Origin: an uncultured Nitrospiraceae bacterium
GTDB lineage: Bacteria; Nitrospirota; Thermodesulfovibrionia; Thermodesulfovibrionales; UBA6898
Direction of reading: 5' to 3'
Length of the DNA stretch: 64,000 nucleotides
NCBI GenBank assembly: GCA_963811165.1
Contig: CAWEQH010000010.1
Span: 608,001-672,000 of the forward strand
The notes under the pieces were generated by a model. It made no database searches. It was not told where the DNA came from and worked only from the letters and a program-made list of their open reading frames with translations. The translations under genes were made by a program, and so were the position numbers. Of the stretch, positions 35,501 to 46,122 are shown in pieces; within the stretch, counting starts at the first letter, position 1; every line of letters starts with the position of its first letter.

Positions 35501-38494
35501 ATGGAGGATACAGACAAGTCCTTTCCCAGGATACCTGTTTCGACCTACAGGCTTCAGTTCAATCACACCTTCGGATTCAATGATGCCCGGGGGATAGTCT
35601 CCTATCTCCACGATCTCGGCATTAGCGATGTCTACGCATCTCCCTACTTCAAGGCACGGAAGGGAAGCCTTCACGGATATGATATCGTTGACCCCTCTGC
35701 ACTGAACCCGGAAATTGGAACAGAAAAAGAATATGATGCATTTGCAGGGGAAATGGACAAATATAGAATGGGACAGGTTCTCGATATCGTTCCTAACCAC
35801 ATGAGTTGCGAAAGTGAAAACCCCTGGTGGATGGACCTCCTCGAAAATGGAAGGACTTCTCCCTATGCTGTCTTCTTCGACGTAGACTGGAATCCGGCTG
35901 TGAAAAAGCTCTCCGGCAAACTTCACATCCCTCTTCTTGGAGACCAGTATGGTAAGGTACTTGAAAGTCAGGAACTGAAGTTAATGTTTGACGAAGGCGC
36001 ATTCTTCATCTGTTATCAGGAACAGAAGTTTCCCATATCGCCTGAGACTTACATTTTTTTACTCCAGCACCGCCTCGAAGACCTTCAGAACCTAATCACC
36101 GATAATGGTCCTCATCTGACCGAACTCTTGAGCATAGTCACCGCCCTCAAGCACCTGCCTCCGGCCACAGAGAAAGATAGGGAAAAAATCGAGGAACGAT
36201 ATCGCGAAAAGGAGATCATCAAGAAGCGTCTTTTAACGCTGTACCGTGAAAGCGCCGAAATAAGGGACTTCATTGACGCAAATGTGGATATATTTAACGG
36301 CAAGAAGGGCGACCCGAGGAGCTTCAATCTTCTGGATGGACTCCTCGCTGAACAGGTATGGAGGCTCTCACATTGGCGAGTCGCAAATGAAGAGATTAAT
36401 TACCGCAGGTTTTTTGACGTAAATAACCTAGCCGCGGTGAGGACCGAAGACCCGGCCGTCTTTAAGGAATCCCACAAACTGATATTCAGGCTTGTCGAAA
36501 AAAAAAGGGTCACCGGATTAAGGGTCGACCACCCGGACGGCCTGTACAACCCTTCAGAATATTTTGAAAAGCTTCAACGTGAATGTTTCAGCCGACTCGT
36601 CTTCGCTGAAGTCTCGGAAGATGATGATCATGAACAGTCTGATGTGGTCCCGGAAGTGTTGAGGCGATATGAGAGGCTATTGTCGGCAGACCCGCAGTAC
36701 AAGCCCTTCTATATAGTCGGAGAAAAAATCCTCACAAAGGGCGAAAAAATGCCTGAGGACTGGCCTATTTTCGGAACGACGGGTTATGTTTTTTTGAATT
36801 CTCTAAACGGAATCTTCATAGACACGAAAAATGCAAAGATGTTCGATAACCTCTACGCAAAGTTCTCGGGGACCAAAAATCATTTTGCCGATGTGGTGTA
36901 TGAAACGAAGAAGCTCGTGATGCAAGTAGCCATGTCAGGCGAGATAAACACCCTCGGAAATTACCTGAACAACATCTCTGAAAAGAACAGGCATACCCGG
37001 GATTTAACACTGAACAGCCTAACCGGGGCAATAACCGAAGTCATCGCCTTTTTTCCGGTCTACAGGACGTATATAAATTCATCGACCGTTAAAGACAGAG
37101 ACCGTCAGTACATAGAGGCGGCGATTTCCAAGGCTAAAAGAAAAAATCCCGCTATCAGCGCATTCATATTCGATTTTCTCGGAGATGTCCTTTTGCTCAA
37201 ATTCCCTGAAGACTTTAGCGAAGAAGATAAGAAAGAGTGGTTCGATTTCGCGATGAAGTTCCAGCAGCTTACAGCGCCTGTCATGGCAAAGGGGGTCGAA
37301 GATACAGCCTTTTACGTGTATAACCGCCTCGTTTCGCTTAATGAGGTCGGCGGAAGCCCTGACAGGTTCGGTCTGTCCCTGGAGGCATTTCATGGACAGA
37401 ATCTGGACAGGCTCAAGTTCTGGCCCCACGCCCTTATCACGACTTCCACCCATGACACAAAACGGAGCGAAGATGTAAGGGCAAGGATAAATGTCCTCTC
37501 AGAGATCCCTGACAAATGGAGAGAATGTCTCACCAGGTGGAGTTACCTCAACAAGAAAAAAAAGACTGTCGTTGAAGGACGGGATATACCGGACCGTAAT
37601 GAAGAGTGTCTTATTTACCAGACACTCATTGGCGCCTGGCCGCTTGGCCGTCCCGATGAGACCGAATACGATGTCTTCAAAAAGAGGGTCAAAGAATATA
37701 TCATAAAAGCGCTAAGGGAGGCTAAAGTCAATACTAGCTGGATAAATTCAAACGTAGCTTATGAAGATGGCGTGACCTCTTTTATCGATGCCATTTTGGC
37801 GATTAGTGCCGGCAACAAATTTCTTGAGGAGTTCGAACCTTTCCAAAAGACGATTTCCTCTTTCGGCATGTTGAATTCCTTATCGCAGACATTGCTAAAA
37901 ATAACTTGCCCGGGCGTTCCTGATTTCTATCAGGGGACTGAGATATGGGATTTCAGTCTTTGTGATCCGGATAACCGGAGGCCTGTCGATTTCGACCGCA
38001 GGAGGACAATGCTTACCTCTCTGAAAGAAAACATGGCAAAGTACGGACCGGATTTAAAAGTAGTATTGAAAGAACTCATCGAGAAGTGGGAAGACGGGTC
38101 CGTAAAACTTTATGTCACATCTAGGGCACTGACGTATCGGGGAGAGAACCATATGCTCTTTATGGAAGGAGCCTATATGCCGCTCACGGCAGAGGGAGAA
38201 TTAAAAGATCAGGTCTGCGGATTTGCGCGACAAAGAGACAATAAGACTGTTCTTGTTATTGTTCCTAGGTTTATGACTCAAGTCTCGCATTTTACCGTTG
38301 AAGTTCCATTTGGAGAAAAAGTGTGGGGGAAGACCGGGATTCTGCTGCCGGATGAAATCTCGGGCAATATCTTTACAAATGTTCTCACAGGAGAAAAGGT
38401 GAAAGCGGTTCGCCGAGCTGAAAACAGGGTATTGGCCTTGGCCGATGTCTTCTCCTGTTTCCCGGTGGCAATGCTCGTGGGAGAAGGACTGTAA
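35501..38494 (+). CDS. treY: Malto-oligosyltrehalose synthase
   Basis: STYRLQF, HGYD, DIVPNHM, INYRRFFD, GLRVDHPDGL, STHDTKRSED, PGVPDFYQG. Confidence 0.95.
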   Translation: MEDTDKSFPRIPVSTYRLQFNHTFGFNDARGIVSYLHDLGISDVYASPYFKARKGSLHGYDIVDPSALNPEIGTEKEYDAFAGEMDKYRMGQVLDIVPNHMSCESENPWWMDLLENGRTSPYAVFFDVDWNPAVKKLSGKLHIPLLGDQYGKVLESQELKLMFDEGAFFICYQEQKFPISPETYIFLLQHRLEDLQNLITDNGPHLTELLSIVTALKHLPPATEKDREKIEERYREKEIIKKRLLTLYRESAEIRDFIDANVDIFNGKKGDPRSFNLLDGLLAEQVWRLSHWRVANEEINYRRFFDVNNLAAVRTEDPAVFKESHKLIFRLVEKKRVTGLRVDHPDGLYNPSEYFEKLQRECFSRLVFAEVSEDDDHEQSDVVPEVLRRYERLLSADPQYKPFYIVGEKILTKGEKMPEDWPIFGTTGYVFLNSLNGIFIDTKNAKMFDNLYAKFSGTKNHFADVVYETKKLVMQVAMSGEINTLGNYLNNISEKNRHTRDLTLNSLTGAITEVIAFFPVYRTYINSSTVKDRDRQYIEAAISKAKRKNPAISAFIFDFLGDVLLLKFPEDFSEEDKKEWFDFAMKFQQLTAPVMAKGVEDTAFYVYNRLVSLNEVGGSPDRFGLSLEAFHGQNLDRLKFWPHALITTSTHDTKRSEDVRARINVLSEIPDKWRECLTRWSYLNKKKKTVVEGRDIPDRNEECLIYQTLIGAWPLGRPDETEYDVFKKRVKEYIIKALREAKVNTSWINSNVAYEDGVTSFIDAILAISAGNKFLEEFEPFQKTISSFGMLNSLSQTLLKITCPGVPDFYQGTEIWDFSLCDPDNRRPVDFDRRRTMLTSLKENMAKYGPDLKVVLKELIEKWEDGSVKLYVTSRALTYRGENHMLFMEGAYMPLTAEGELKDQVCGFARQRDNKTVLVIVPRFMTQVSHFTVEVPFGEKVWGKTGILLPDEISGNIFTNVLTGEKVKAVRRAENRVLALADVFSCFPVAMLVGEGL

Positions 38495-38538
38495 GCACTT
38501 CTGCTACCGGGGAGTTTTTGCACAGACTCCTGACTACA

Positions 38539-38904
38539 TCACTTGTTCCCACCCTCTTGTTCAACAGATTCCGCCACAAAAACCACCAATTTCTCGTCAC
38601 CGACCTGAAACGCCTCATCTATCCTTCCTTTTGCACTGACTGAGGACTTCACTTCAGGCAACGCTTTTTTGGTAAGCACAATAATTTCACCTGTCTTATC
38701 TTTAAGCCTGAAGAATTTCATCGTGGTAAAAAAGGCCGTCCGGTCTGTAACTTCCCCCTCAATAGTGACCTCTTTCCCTTCATATTCCTTCGGATTACTC
38801 AGGATCGACTCTATCTTGGTATGATGGGTTCGGTTGAAGTAATACCACGCCCCACCGCCTATCACGAGTACTAACAAAACGGAGATGACTATTTTCCTCA
38901 TCAT
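38539..38904 (-). CDS. Membrane-anchored OB-fold protein
   Basis: N-terminal TM; Y.GKEVTIEGEV...L.DKTGEI.V. Confidence 0.7.
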   Translation of the reverse strand: MMRKIVISVLLVLVIGGGAWYYFNRTHHTKIESILSNPKEYEGKEVTIEGEVTDRTAFFTTMKFFRLKDKTGEIIVLTKKALPEVKSSVSAKGRIDEAFQVGDEKLVVFVAESVEQEGGNK

Positions 38905-39040
38905 GATCTTATCCTCTATTGTTCATAGAAATTCGCAGAGTGGTACCGGAATTCATACTTCATGTTAGTGATGCAATTCCCCTTTGTCAACAAAAATCCA
39001 ACGGGCGCGTGACAGGTGTCTCATGGTATGAAAAAAAGCA

Positions 39041-40495
39041 CTAGGCGGACGCGGCGCTCTTCCTTTTCTTAAACAGGTCTCTTTTTGTCCAGAGCCAAAA
39101 GAGGCTCTTCATGCTTTTAAACGCGGCCGCAAAGTCATGGGGGTTTCTCAGCTCAAAGAGCCTTTTTGCGATGAAAGAAGGCCTCGAATAAAACCTCCGG
39201 AATGCGATCTGCCTGAGTGTAAGTATCTCATCCTTCGTCATTGTGTGGGGGATGAACGCCGCGCCCTGATAGGTATAATCCCTTAGTTCTTCGGATATCG
39301 TACCGTATTTATCGAGGTTGTCGTAAAGGTAAGTCCCCGGGAAAGGCGTGATGGCGTGAAAGTTGGCGATGTCCGGATTGAGGTCCAGGGCGAATTCTAT
39401 GGTCTGGAGCCCTTCTTCGAAGGTCTCGCCGGGGATGCCGAACATAAAGGGCGTACTCACCCTGAGCCCAACCTCCTGAGCGGCCTTTACCGCCTTTCTG
39501 ATCTGTTCCGGCGTCGTCCCCTTACGGATTGTATTTAGGTTCTTCTGCACGCCGCTTTCGGCGCCGAACAGTATTGCCCAGCATCCGGCGTCCCTAAACG
39601 CCTGCAAGAGGGGCTTGTCGACCTGGTTGACACACGCAGAGGCGAACCAGGTGAAATCGAACTTCCGCGCCTTGATCTCGGAGGCCAGGGTCATGGCCCT
39701 GTCGTAATCCGCGGCCAGCGTATCGTCTATGAACTTGATCTCCCTGTATCCCTGTTTAAGACAATGTTCGATCTCCTGAAGAACGTTCTCTACACCCCGG
39801 TATCTGACCCCGAGCTTACGGTCTTTGTCAATCTGAAAGCAGTAGATACACCTTCTGTTACAGCCCCTCGACGTCATCAGTACGGCAACCGGCTTTCTTC
39901 GGTACGTAGCAGGAGGGGGGATATAGAGGTTTGCATCGCCAAGGAGTTCCCTCGCCGGAAAAGGAAGGATATCGAGGTCGGTAATCAGCGGCCTAGGCTC
40001 GTTCTTGACGATCTTCCCTCCTGAACAAAAGACAACACCCTGCACCCCTTCGAGGTCCTTGCCGGCATCAAGTCTTTCAACAATTTCAAGGGAAGTAAAC
40101 TCGCCCTCACCCGTCACGATCGCATCGAAAAGGTCCCCGGCGTCTTCGAGACATTTCTCCTGCACGGCGATAGGGTAAGGCCCTCCCGCACAGAGGAATA
40201 TGTGCCTCCCGTATATCGCCCTTAGCTCCGATGCGGTCTTCTTCGCCTTCTCCCACCCGAAGGTAGTCGAGTAAATACCGATGAAGGAAGGGCCGAATTC
40301 GCGGGTCTGCCTCATAAGTTCCTCATGGTCCATAAAAGCGCCGTTGAGGAATTTCACTTCATGCCCCGCCCTCTTAAGCACTGCTGCCACGTAAAGCGTC
40401 CCCAGCGGCTGCCAGTAATTAATCTGCGAGCTCGCCGTCTTTGACGAGAAGATATCTTCCGGCACCCACGACGGTATGACCAGGGCGCATCTCAT
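39041..40495 (-). CDS. B12-binding radical SAM protein
   Basis: PLG.LY.AA.L and GGP cobalamin-binding domain; SRGCNRRCIYC; GAESG. Confidence 0.92.
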   Translation of the reverse strand: MRCALVIPSWVPEDIFSSKTASSQINYWQPLGTLYVAAVLKRAGHEVKFLNGAFMDHEELMRQTREFGPSFIGIYSTTFGWEKAKKTASELRAIYGRHIFLCAGGPYPIAVQEKCLEDAGDLFDAIVTGEGEFTSLEIVERLDAGKDLEGVQGVVFCSGGKIVKNEPRPLITDLDILPFPARELLGDANLYIPPPATYRRKPVAVLMTSRGCNRRCIYCFQIDKDRKLGVRYRGVENVLQEIEHCLKQGYREIKFIDDTLAADYDRAMTLASEIKARKFDFTWFASACVNQVDKPLLQAFRDAGCWAILFGAESGVQKNLNTIRKGTTPEQIRKAVKAAQEVGLRVSTPFMFGIPGETFEEGLQTIEFALDLNPDIANFHAITPFPGTYLYDNLDKYGTISEELRDYTYQGAAFIPHTMTKDEILTLRQIAFRRFYSRPSFIAKRLFELRNPHDFAAAFKSMKSLFWLWTKRDLFKKRKSAASA

Positions 40496-41917
40496 TTCGC
40501 GTTCCCTGCAAAGACGAGTCTTGCGGCGCCATCCTCTTCCATAGCAAAGTCGTTTCCTTTCCCCAAAATCTTCTCTGCGGTCGTAATGCCGGATTCTATT
40601 GCGTGGTCCATATTGTAATACCTGAACATCCCCGCCCTGCCGGCCATATGGAGGTTTTCGAACCGGCCGAGATAGTCGTAGAGTTCATCGCAGAGTTCCC
40701 GATACCCGACCTCAAAGAGAGGATAAGCCTTAGGGGTCCTGACCACGACACTGCCGATTACCTCGCGAGCACTGATAAAACCCAGGCGCTCCATGTTTTC
40801 TACCGCGATATTCGTGAGCGCGCCGTCATCAGCGTTCCATGTCGCATCCCCTGCAAAACTGAAGAATTCCGTTACAAGGAGCGTTTTCCCCTCGGGCGAC
40901 ATCTGATTGCTCCAGTTCGTCGGCTCATGGATCCTGCCGAAGGGGATGCTCTGTTCCGGTATGTATATCCACGTCTGGTCAGTCACCCTTTTCCTGTCGA
41001 CCATTAGAGCGACCACCACAAGGTCCCTGAATTTAAGTTTCGAAGCCGCATCGAGTATATGCCCGGGAGGAGCTGGATCGAGCATCCGTACCAGATTGGT
41101 CAGCGGCATGCTGGAGACAAATTCGCCGCCGCGAAGGACAGCGGCCCCTCTGTGGGTTATCACTTCCGCGCTCTCAATCCTTGAGCCCAAGTGATGCAGA
41201 CGCGCAACCCTTGTACCCGTCTGCACGTCACCTGCCTTCTCTATCTCTTCCTTCAGTCGTTCCGATATCCGGCCGATCCCGAGCTTCGGGTATATGAACC
41301 TGTCTGCGAGGGTAGGAAGGTCTTTCCCGCTGAACTTGAAAAAGGCATTCTTGACGGCCTTCGCAAGAGAAAGTCCTTTGATCCGCTGAGCCACCCACTC
41401 GGCGCTTATCCTGCTGCAGTCGATGCCCCAGACCTTCTCACTGTATTCCTTGAAGTAGATTGTAAACATCGTCCTGCCGAAATTACTCACCACCCAGTCC
41501 TCAAGAGAAACGTTCTCCGAAGTCTTTATCAGCCCCCTCGCCTTTTCAGCGCCGTAATCGGCCATTATCCTGAGCGTTGTCGGAATACCCAGGCCGAACA
41601 TGGCATTCATAGGTTTAAGGGGATAGTCGAAATATTTTCCACGCAGGTATATCTTGCTCGTACGGTTGACCCAGATCAGTTCCTCGCCCATCAGTCCTCT
41701 GACGAACTCATCGACGGTCCTGTCCTTCGTAAAAAACCTGTGCCCTCCCAGATCGAAACGGAACCCGTCCTTTTCGAATCGTCTTTGAAAGGCCCCCCAC
41801 CACCGGGTCACTTTCGAAAACTGTTACCCTCCGGCCGGCCCTCGTCAGTACACATCCGGCCGAGAGGCCTGTAAGACCTCCCCCGAGGATCAATATATCA
41901 TTTGCAGGACGGTTCAT
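40492..41917 (-). pseudogene. FAD-dependent oxidoreductase (HemY/UDP-galactopyranose-mutase-like) with one extra base near 41777
   Basis: GGGLTGLSAG...VGGLSKT frame switches to EKDGFRFDLGGHRF; span 1426 nt = 3n+1; C-terminal GR.G.FRYYNMDH. Confidence 0.8.
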
Positions 41918-41942
41918 GCTCTCCTTGGCAGCAGGGCCCTTT

Positions 41943-42173
41943 TCATCTGCAGCCGCAGCAGCCGCCCGATATTCGCACAACATGCAGCCCGTCTCTTTCT
42001 TCCATTTCAGCCAGGCAACCCGACATCCTCAGAAAGGCCTTCACCTGCACGAAATCGCACTCCCTGTCAACTAACAGTTCTATAGATACGTCGTGGCCGG
42101 GCTGCGTCTTCAGCGCATCCCTCAGCACAAGAAACAGTTCCCGCGTCCGCAGCCGCCTTCCATCGATCACCAT
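41943..42173 (-). CDS. TusA/SirA-like small protein without CPxP, with C-terminal CCGC
   Basis: IDGR.L...L..LRDAL......IELLVD......V.AF....G pattern of the TusA fold. Confidence 0.55.
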   Translation of the reverse strand: MVIDGRRLRTRELFLVLRDALKTQPGHDVSIELLVDRECDFVQVKAFLRMSGCLAEMEERDGLHVVRISGGCCGCR

Positions 42174-42253
42174 AGTATTAGTCTAAAGGTGTTCACATCT
42201 TTTTTTCCAGCGGGCAGCTCAGAATACTTCATCGCACGAGCGTCCTTCCCAAC

Positions 42254-42296
42254 AAAAAAACCTGAGAGAACGGTTATGCACCGCCCTCTCAGGTTT
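42254..42296 (-). terminator. Intrinsic terminator after the YeeE/YedE gene
   Basis: AAACCTGAGAGGGCGGT-GCATA-ACCGTTCTCTCAGG then T7. Confidence 0.75.
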
Positions 42297-42316
42297 GGTC
42301 ACCCGTAAAAAAACCG

Positions 42317-43387
42317 TTATTCTTCGCCCATCGGCTTGATGAACTTGAAATACACCATCGTCCAGTTCCCGAGGATAATAAAGATCGTGGCCGCGATGCT
42401 GCCGATCGAGAGGGTCGAGAACCCGGTAAGCGCCTGCCCGACGTTACATCCTCCCGCGCAGACTGCGCCAAAACCCATCATGACACTTCCGCCCAAGACG
42501 GTAAGCATCTCGGTTGCCGGAGGTATCTTCCATTTGAATTCCTTGAGAATCCGCGCGCTAATGTAGGCGCCCAACGGCACGCCGATAATATAAAACTCGG
42601 CCCATGTCACCTTAAACGGCCCCAAATCGTACATCGGGAAAAAGCGCGACTTTGCGTCGCCGGTAAGTAGCGTGAAGAAGACTTCACCCGTCGGAGTAGT
42701 AAAATTCAGGCCTCGGGCGAACCCCGGAGAGCCCCAATGCTCTGAAGCCCAAAAGGTGACCACCCCTAATATTCCCATCAGCACCGCCGCTACCGACCAG
42801 AAAAAACCCTTCTGCTTTCCTAAGTTAAAAGGCTTGCCCATTAAGACAAAGATCGAAAGAAGACCGCAGAGCACCGCGATAATGATCCACTTTGTGGCAG
42901 ATGCGTCTCCGATTATGGTCATCAGGGTCATCCCCGGCGGCCCTACCTGAACGCTCCTCATTGCATCATTTATCGGCTTCAACACCCCGTTCGACGTAGC
43001 ACCGATGCCGAGAAAGAACCCAAGTACTGCAACCCATGAAGCCATCTGTCCTTCGCCGACTCTATAGATAATGCCGCTGCCGCAGCCGCCCGCAAGGACG
43101 ATGCCGAGACCGAATATAAAGCCGCCCACTATGTTCGCCACAGGATAAAACGACTGGGCTTTCAGGTGGATGATACCCATGTCATTCAGCGCATTCGACC
43201 CGATGATCATGATTATCAGCGCAAGCAGATAAGCCCGGAACATCGTGAAGTCCTTGATGAAGATTGTGTCTCTGAAGGCGGTGTTCATACAGAACCTGCC
43301 TCGCTGGAGCACAAACCCGATCAGGCCCCCGACAACCAGGCCCGAGATGATGAACCCTAAAGTAACACTTTCTGCGACAGTTTCCAT
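42317..43387 (-). CDS. YeeE/YedE sulfur-compound transporter
   Basis: GFVLQRGRFC, LAGGCGSG, AGGCNVG; multi-TM. Confidence 0.9.
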   Translation of the reverse strand: METVAESVTLGFIISGLVVGGLIGFVLQRGRFCMNTAFRDTIFIKDFTMFRAYLLALIIMIIGSNALNDMGIIHLKAQSFYPVANIVGGFIFGLGIVLAGGCGSGIIYRVGEGQMASWVAVLGFFLGIGATSNGVLKPINDAMRSVQVGPPGMTLMTIIGDASATKWIIIAVLCGLLSIFVLMGKPFNLGKQKGFFWSVAAVLMGILGVVTFWASEHWGSPGFARGLNFTTPTGEVFFTLLTGDAKSRFFPMYDLGPFKVTWAEFYIIGVPLGAYISARILKEFKWKIPPATEMLTVLGGSVMMGFGAVCAGGCNVGQALTGFSTLSIGSIAATIFIILGNWTMVYFKFIKPMGEE

Positions 43388-43597
43388 GTTCTCCCCCTAC
43401 GTTTTTGATGAAAATAGCACATCGCAGATTTCTTTGTCAATGCACAATACCGCCCAATGATGAGTTCTTAAATTGCTAAATTATGCATTAATATTTTCCC
43501 TAAAGTTGTAATTTTAGGAGTAAAAAAATAACTTGACAACTTTCCCTTCTGACGGAGTATTATGAGCTGAAGTGAACGACCTGCATAACGGGACCAC

Positions 43598-43978
43598 ATG
43601 ACAGAAGGCGACGAAAGCAGACCGAAAATTCTTCTTATTGACAATGAAGACAGTATCAGGTCTGCCTTTGAAAGCGTTCTCACTCAAGAGGGATATACGG
43701 TAGTTATCACAAGAAGCCGTGAAGAGGCACTCGCACGGATTGATGAGGCCGAGTTTGACTTAATCTACATTGTCACAGAACTCGACACCGATAGCGGGAT
43801 CGACATCCTGCGCGAAATAAGAAAAAAGAATCTGCCGGTAAGCGTGCTTATGTTGACCGGCGACCCAAATGCAGCAAGTGCAAGAGAGGCCTTTGAACTG
43901 GGCGTAGTCGGCCACATTTCGAAACCCATAAGTCAAGAAAAACTCCTGCGCCTCACCAAAATAGCGTTGCGGGCATGA
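43598..43978 (+). CDS. Stand-alone receiver domain lacking the phosphoacceptor Asp
   Basis: ILLIDNE...FDLIYIVTEL...MLTG...ISKP. Confidence 0.75.
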   Translation: MTEGDESRPKILLIDNEDSIRSAFESVLTQEGYTVVITRSREEALARIDEAEFDLIYIVTELDTDSGIDILREIRKKNLPVSVLMLTGDPNAASAREAFELGVVGHISKPISQEKLLRLTKIALRA

Positions 43979-44033
43979 CACCTCATTTCCGGACAGTAAT
44001 GCCGCCCTAGAAATTATTAAACGCACCCCAGGC

Positions 44034-45773
44034 CTACTGACCGCCCTGTAAAGCCCTCAAGGCATCCCTTTCATAGATCCTTACGCTCGTCCTGTAGCGG
44101 AATATCCCTTCGTACTTATCGAACGCCGCTATTGGGCGGTAACCCGCTGTCCGTCTTTCGATCTCGGAAGACAGCGGATCGTTTGCGCTCTCTGAGATTA
44201 CCGCCACGACAGTATCGTCATCGCGATAGTCCCGGCCGCGGTAATAAGAAGGGTTCTTAAATTCGAGCGTAAACCTAAGTGAAGAATTCTTGATCTTTTC
44301 GCGCTCGTCTCCGGCCAGAATACCGCTGCCGTTATATATAATTTTTTTCTGCGTAAAGAGATCCAGTATGGGTACCGACACCTCGGGGTTCACCGCGGGC
44401 TCCTGAGGGGCCAGGGTAAAGACCTCAACGTTTCGCTCCGGGAGGGAATCAAGGAACCTTCCGGATTCCTGCAGATTCACCGCGCTCAGCCTCTGCATAA
44501 AGGGAAGGTACGCAAAGAGGGCAACGGCAAAAGATGAGGTAACTATGCAGGCAGCGAGAAATTTTCTCATATCCGCGCGTTTCATCTCACACAGTCCGTA
44601 CGACGCCGCAAGTGACAGCATGGGCAACACCATTATGATGTAGCGTATCCTTCTGATCTGCATCAAAAGAACAAGGCCTACCAACCAGACCACCACAACA
44701 TACCTTATGTCTCTTTTCTTCAGGGCGGCATAGACCGAGTACAACGCCGCCAGGGAAATTAAGGGGTGTATCTGGAAGAAAAAGGTGGAGACAAAACTTT
44801 CTCCCCAGCGCTTGAGGCCCGGTTTCTGATAGGTAATCAGGAGCTTTATCTGGTCCGAAATTACGCCGGACTTGTACATCACTACGGGACCTATCAGCAG
44901 CGAGGCAAGAAGGATGATATACGACGCCCGCAAAATCAGAATGGTCGTCTGCTGCCTCGCTGTCTCCGGCCTCGAACGTTCCTGCGCAAGATTGACCGCT
45001 ACCGTCACAGGCAAGATAGAAAGCATAAGCCACGCCGAGTATTTAGAGAAAAAAGCGAGGAATATTGCAAAGGCCGAGATGGCGATCATCGTCCCCCCGC
45101 TTTTCAGCGCCTTCATCACCGTGACGACCGCCGAGAGGAGGAAGAACATCGTGGCGATATCGACAAGCAAAAGAGGTACCTCCGTATAGAGATAAGGCAT
45201 GCCAAGGAGAAATAATCCTCCATAAAATCCGACTTCCTCGTCCCATAGCTCCCTGCCTATAAGATAGGTAAGTACCGTGCTCAGCGAAAAGAGGACGGTA
45301 GTAAAAATCTGCGCATATACCCTTACCTCGCCGAAAAATCTGAAGACGAGCCCGTACAGAAAAGGCACCAGGGGCATATCGGTCCAGGCAGAGATGCCTT
45401 TGCCCCACTCCGTAAGGAAATACCTTATCCCATAGAGCTCGAGATATTTTGCCTGCGTAAAATATCTCGACGCATCGACAATCACTTCGGGCTCAGGCCA
45501 AAACAGCGATGCCGCGACAAATGAGGTGAGAAAAAGGACTACGACCCGATTTCCGAGACGGACGGTAACTGTTGCGAGAAAGTACGAAAGGACGCATCCT
45601 GCTGAGACGGCAAGAAAAACGCCCCAAGCTCCGCGGTCCTGAAAACACCATTGCCAGCTTGAAAGCCTGTTGTCGTCAAGGGTCCTTGCGTAATAAAGGG
45701 CAAGGTACGCCAGAGGCGTAAGCAGAGATACGGCAAGGACACCTAAGTTCCGATGCTTATCGCGACTCGCCAT
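44034..45773 (-). CDS. GT-C fold (ArnT/PMT-like) membrane glycosyltransferase
   Basis: Many TMs; PE..VDASRY, D.P.VP.LYG, LLVD, SKY, RYI motifs. Confidence 0.8.
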   Translation of the reverse strand: MASRDKHRNLGVLAVSLLTPLAYLALYYARTLDDNRLSSWQWCFQDRGAWGVFLAVSAGCVLSYFLATVTVRLGNRVVVLFLTSFVAASLFWPEPEVIVDASRYFTQAKYLELYGIRYFLTEWGKGISAWTDMPLVPFLYGLVFRFFGEVRVYAQIFTTVLFSLSTVLTYLIGRELWDEEVGFYGGLFLLGMPYLYTEVPLLLVDIATMFFLLSAVVTVMKALKSGGTMIAISAFAIFLAFFSKYSAWLMLSILPVTVAVNLAQERSRPETARQQTTILILRASYIILLASLLIGPVVMYKSGVISDQIKLLITYQKPGLKRWGESFVSTFFFQIHPLISLAALYSVYAALKKRDIRYVVVVWLVGLVLLMQIRRIRYIIMVLPMLSLAASYGLCEMKRADMRKFLAACIVTSSFAVALFAYLPFMQRLSAVNLQESGRFLDSLPERNVEVFTLAPQEPAVNPEVSVPILDLFTQKKIIYNGSGILAGDEREKIKNSSLRFTLEFKNPSYYRGRDYRDDDTVVAVISESANDPLSSEIERRTAGYRPIAAFDKYEGIFRYRTSVRIYERDALRALQGGQ

Positions 45774-45778
45774 GTTTT

Positions 45779-45805
45779 AAAAAAATAAGGGCGTCGACGA
45801 CGCCC
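45779..45805 (-). terminator. Intrinsic terminator after the DsrE pair
   Basis: GGGCGTC-GTC-GACGCCC-TTATTTTTTT. Confidence 0.7.
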
Positions 45806-45914
45806 CCGATTTCAAGAAACACTGCTTCTTCAGTAATGACTTTAGTGCCTCCTTTTTCGTGATGGGACAGGTCTTTCCATCAGGTCCTGATCCACCCGGA
45901 TTTACTTCCCCTTA

Positions 45915-46085
45915 TTACCAGGATATCACCTTGTCATACGAGAATATATCATCGACGATGCTTTCGTAGGACACCACGCCCTTCGACAGGTCTACGACCT
46001 TGACGTCATGTTCCTTCGACTGCGTGCTGATTATCTGATCGGACAACTTCGTCGGTCCATCCTTGAGCAAATGGAGAATCTTCAC
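45915..46085 (-). CDS. 56-aa DsrH/TusB-like small protein (not in ORF track)
   Basis: GGAGG SD plus GTG; MKILHLLKDGPTKLSDQIISTQSKEHDVKVVDLSKGVVSYESIVDDIFSYDKVISW. Confidence 0.7.
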   Translation of the reverse strand: MKILHLLKDGPTKLSDQIISTQSKEHDVKVVDLSKGVVSYESIVDDIFSYDKVISW

Positions 46086-46122
46086 AACAATTCCTCCCTA
46101 TTATCTCGCTAACTATTTGCGT

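Noticed and set aside
41898..41945. Selenocysteine read-through of the TusA-like TGA (would add KGPCCQGEHEPSCK)
   Set aside because: No convincing SECIS hairpin and the extension overlaps the next gene's SD and start
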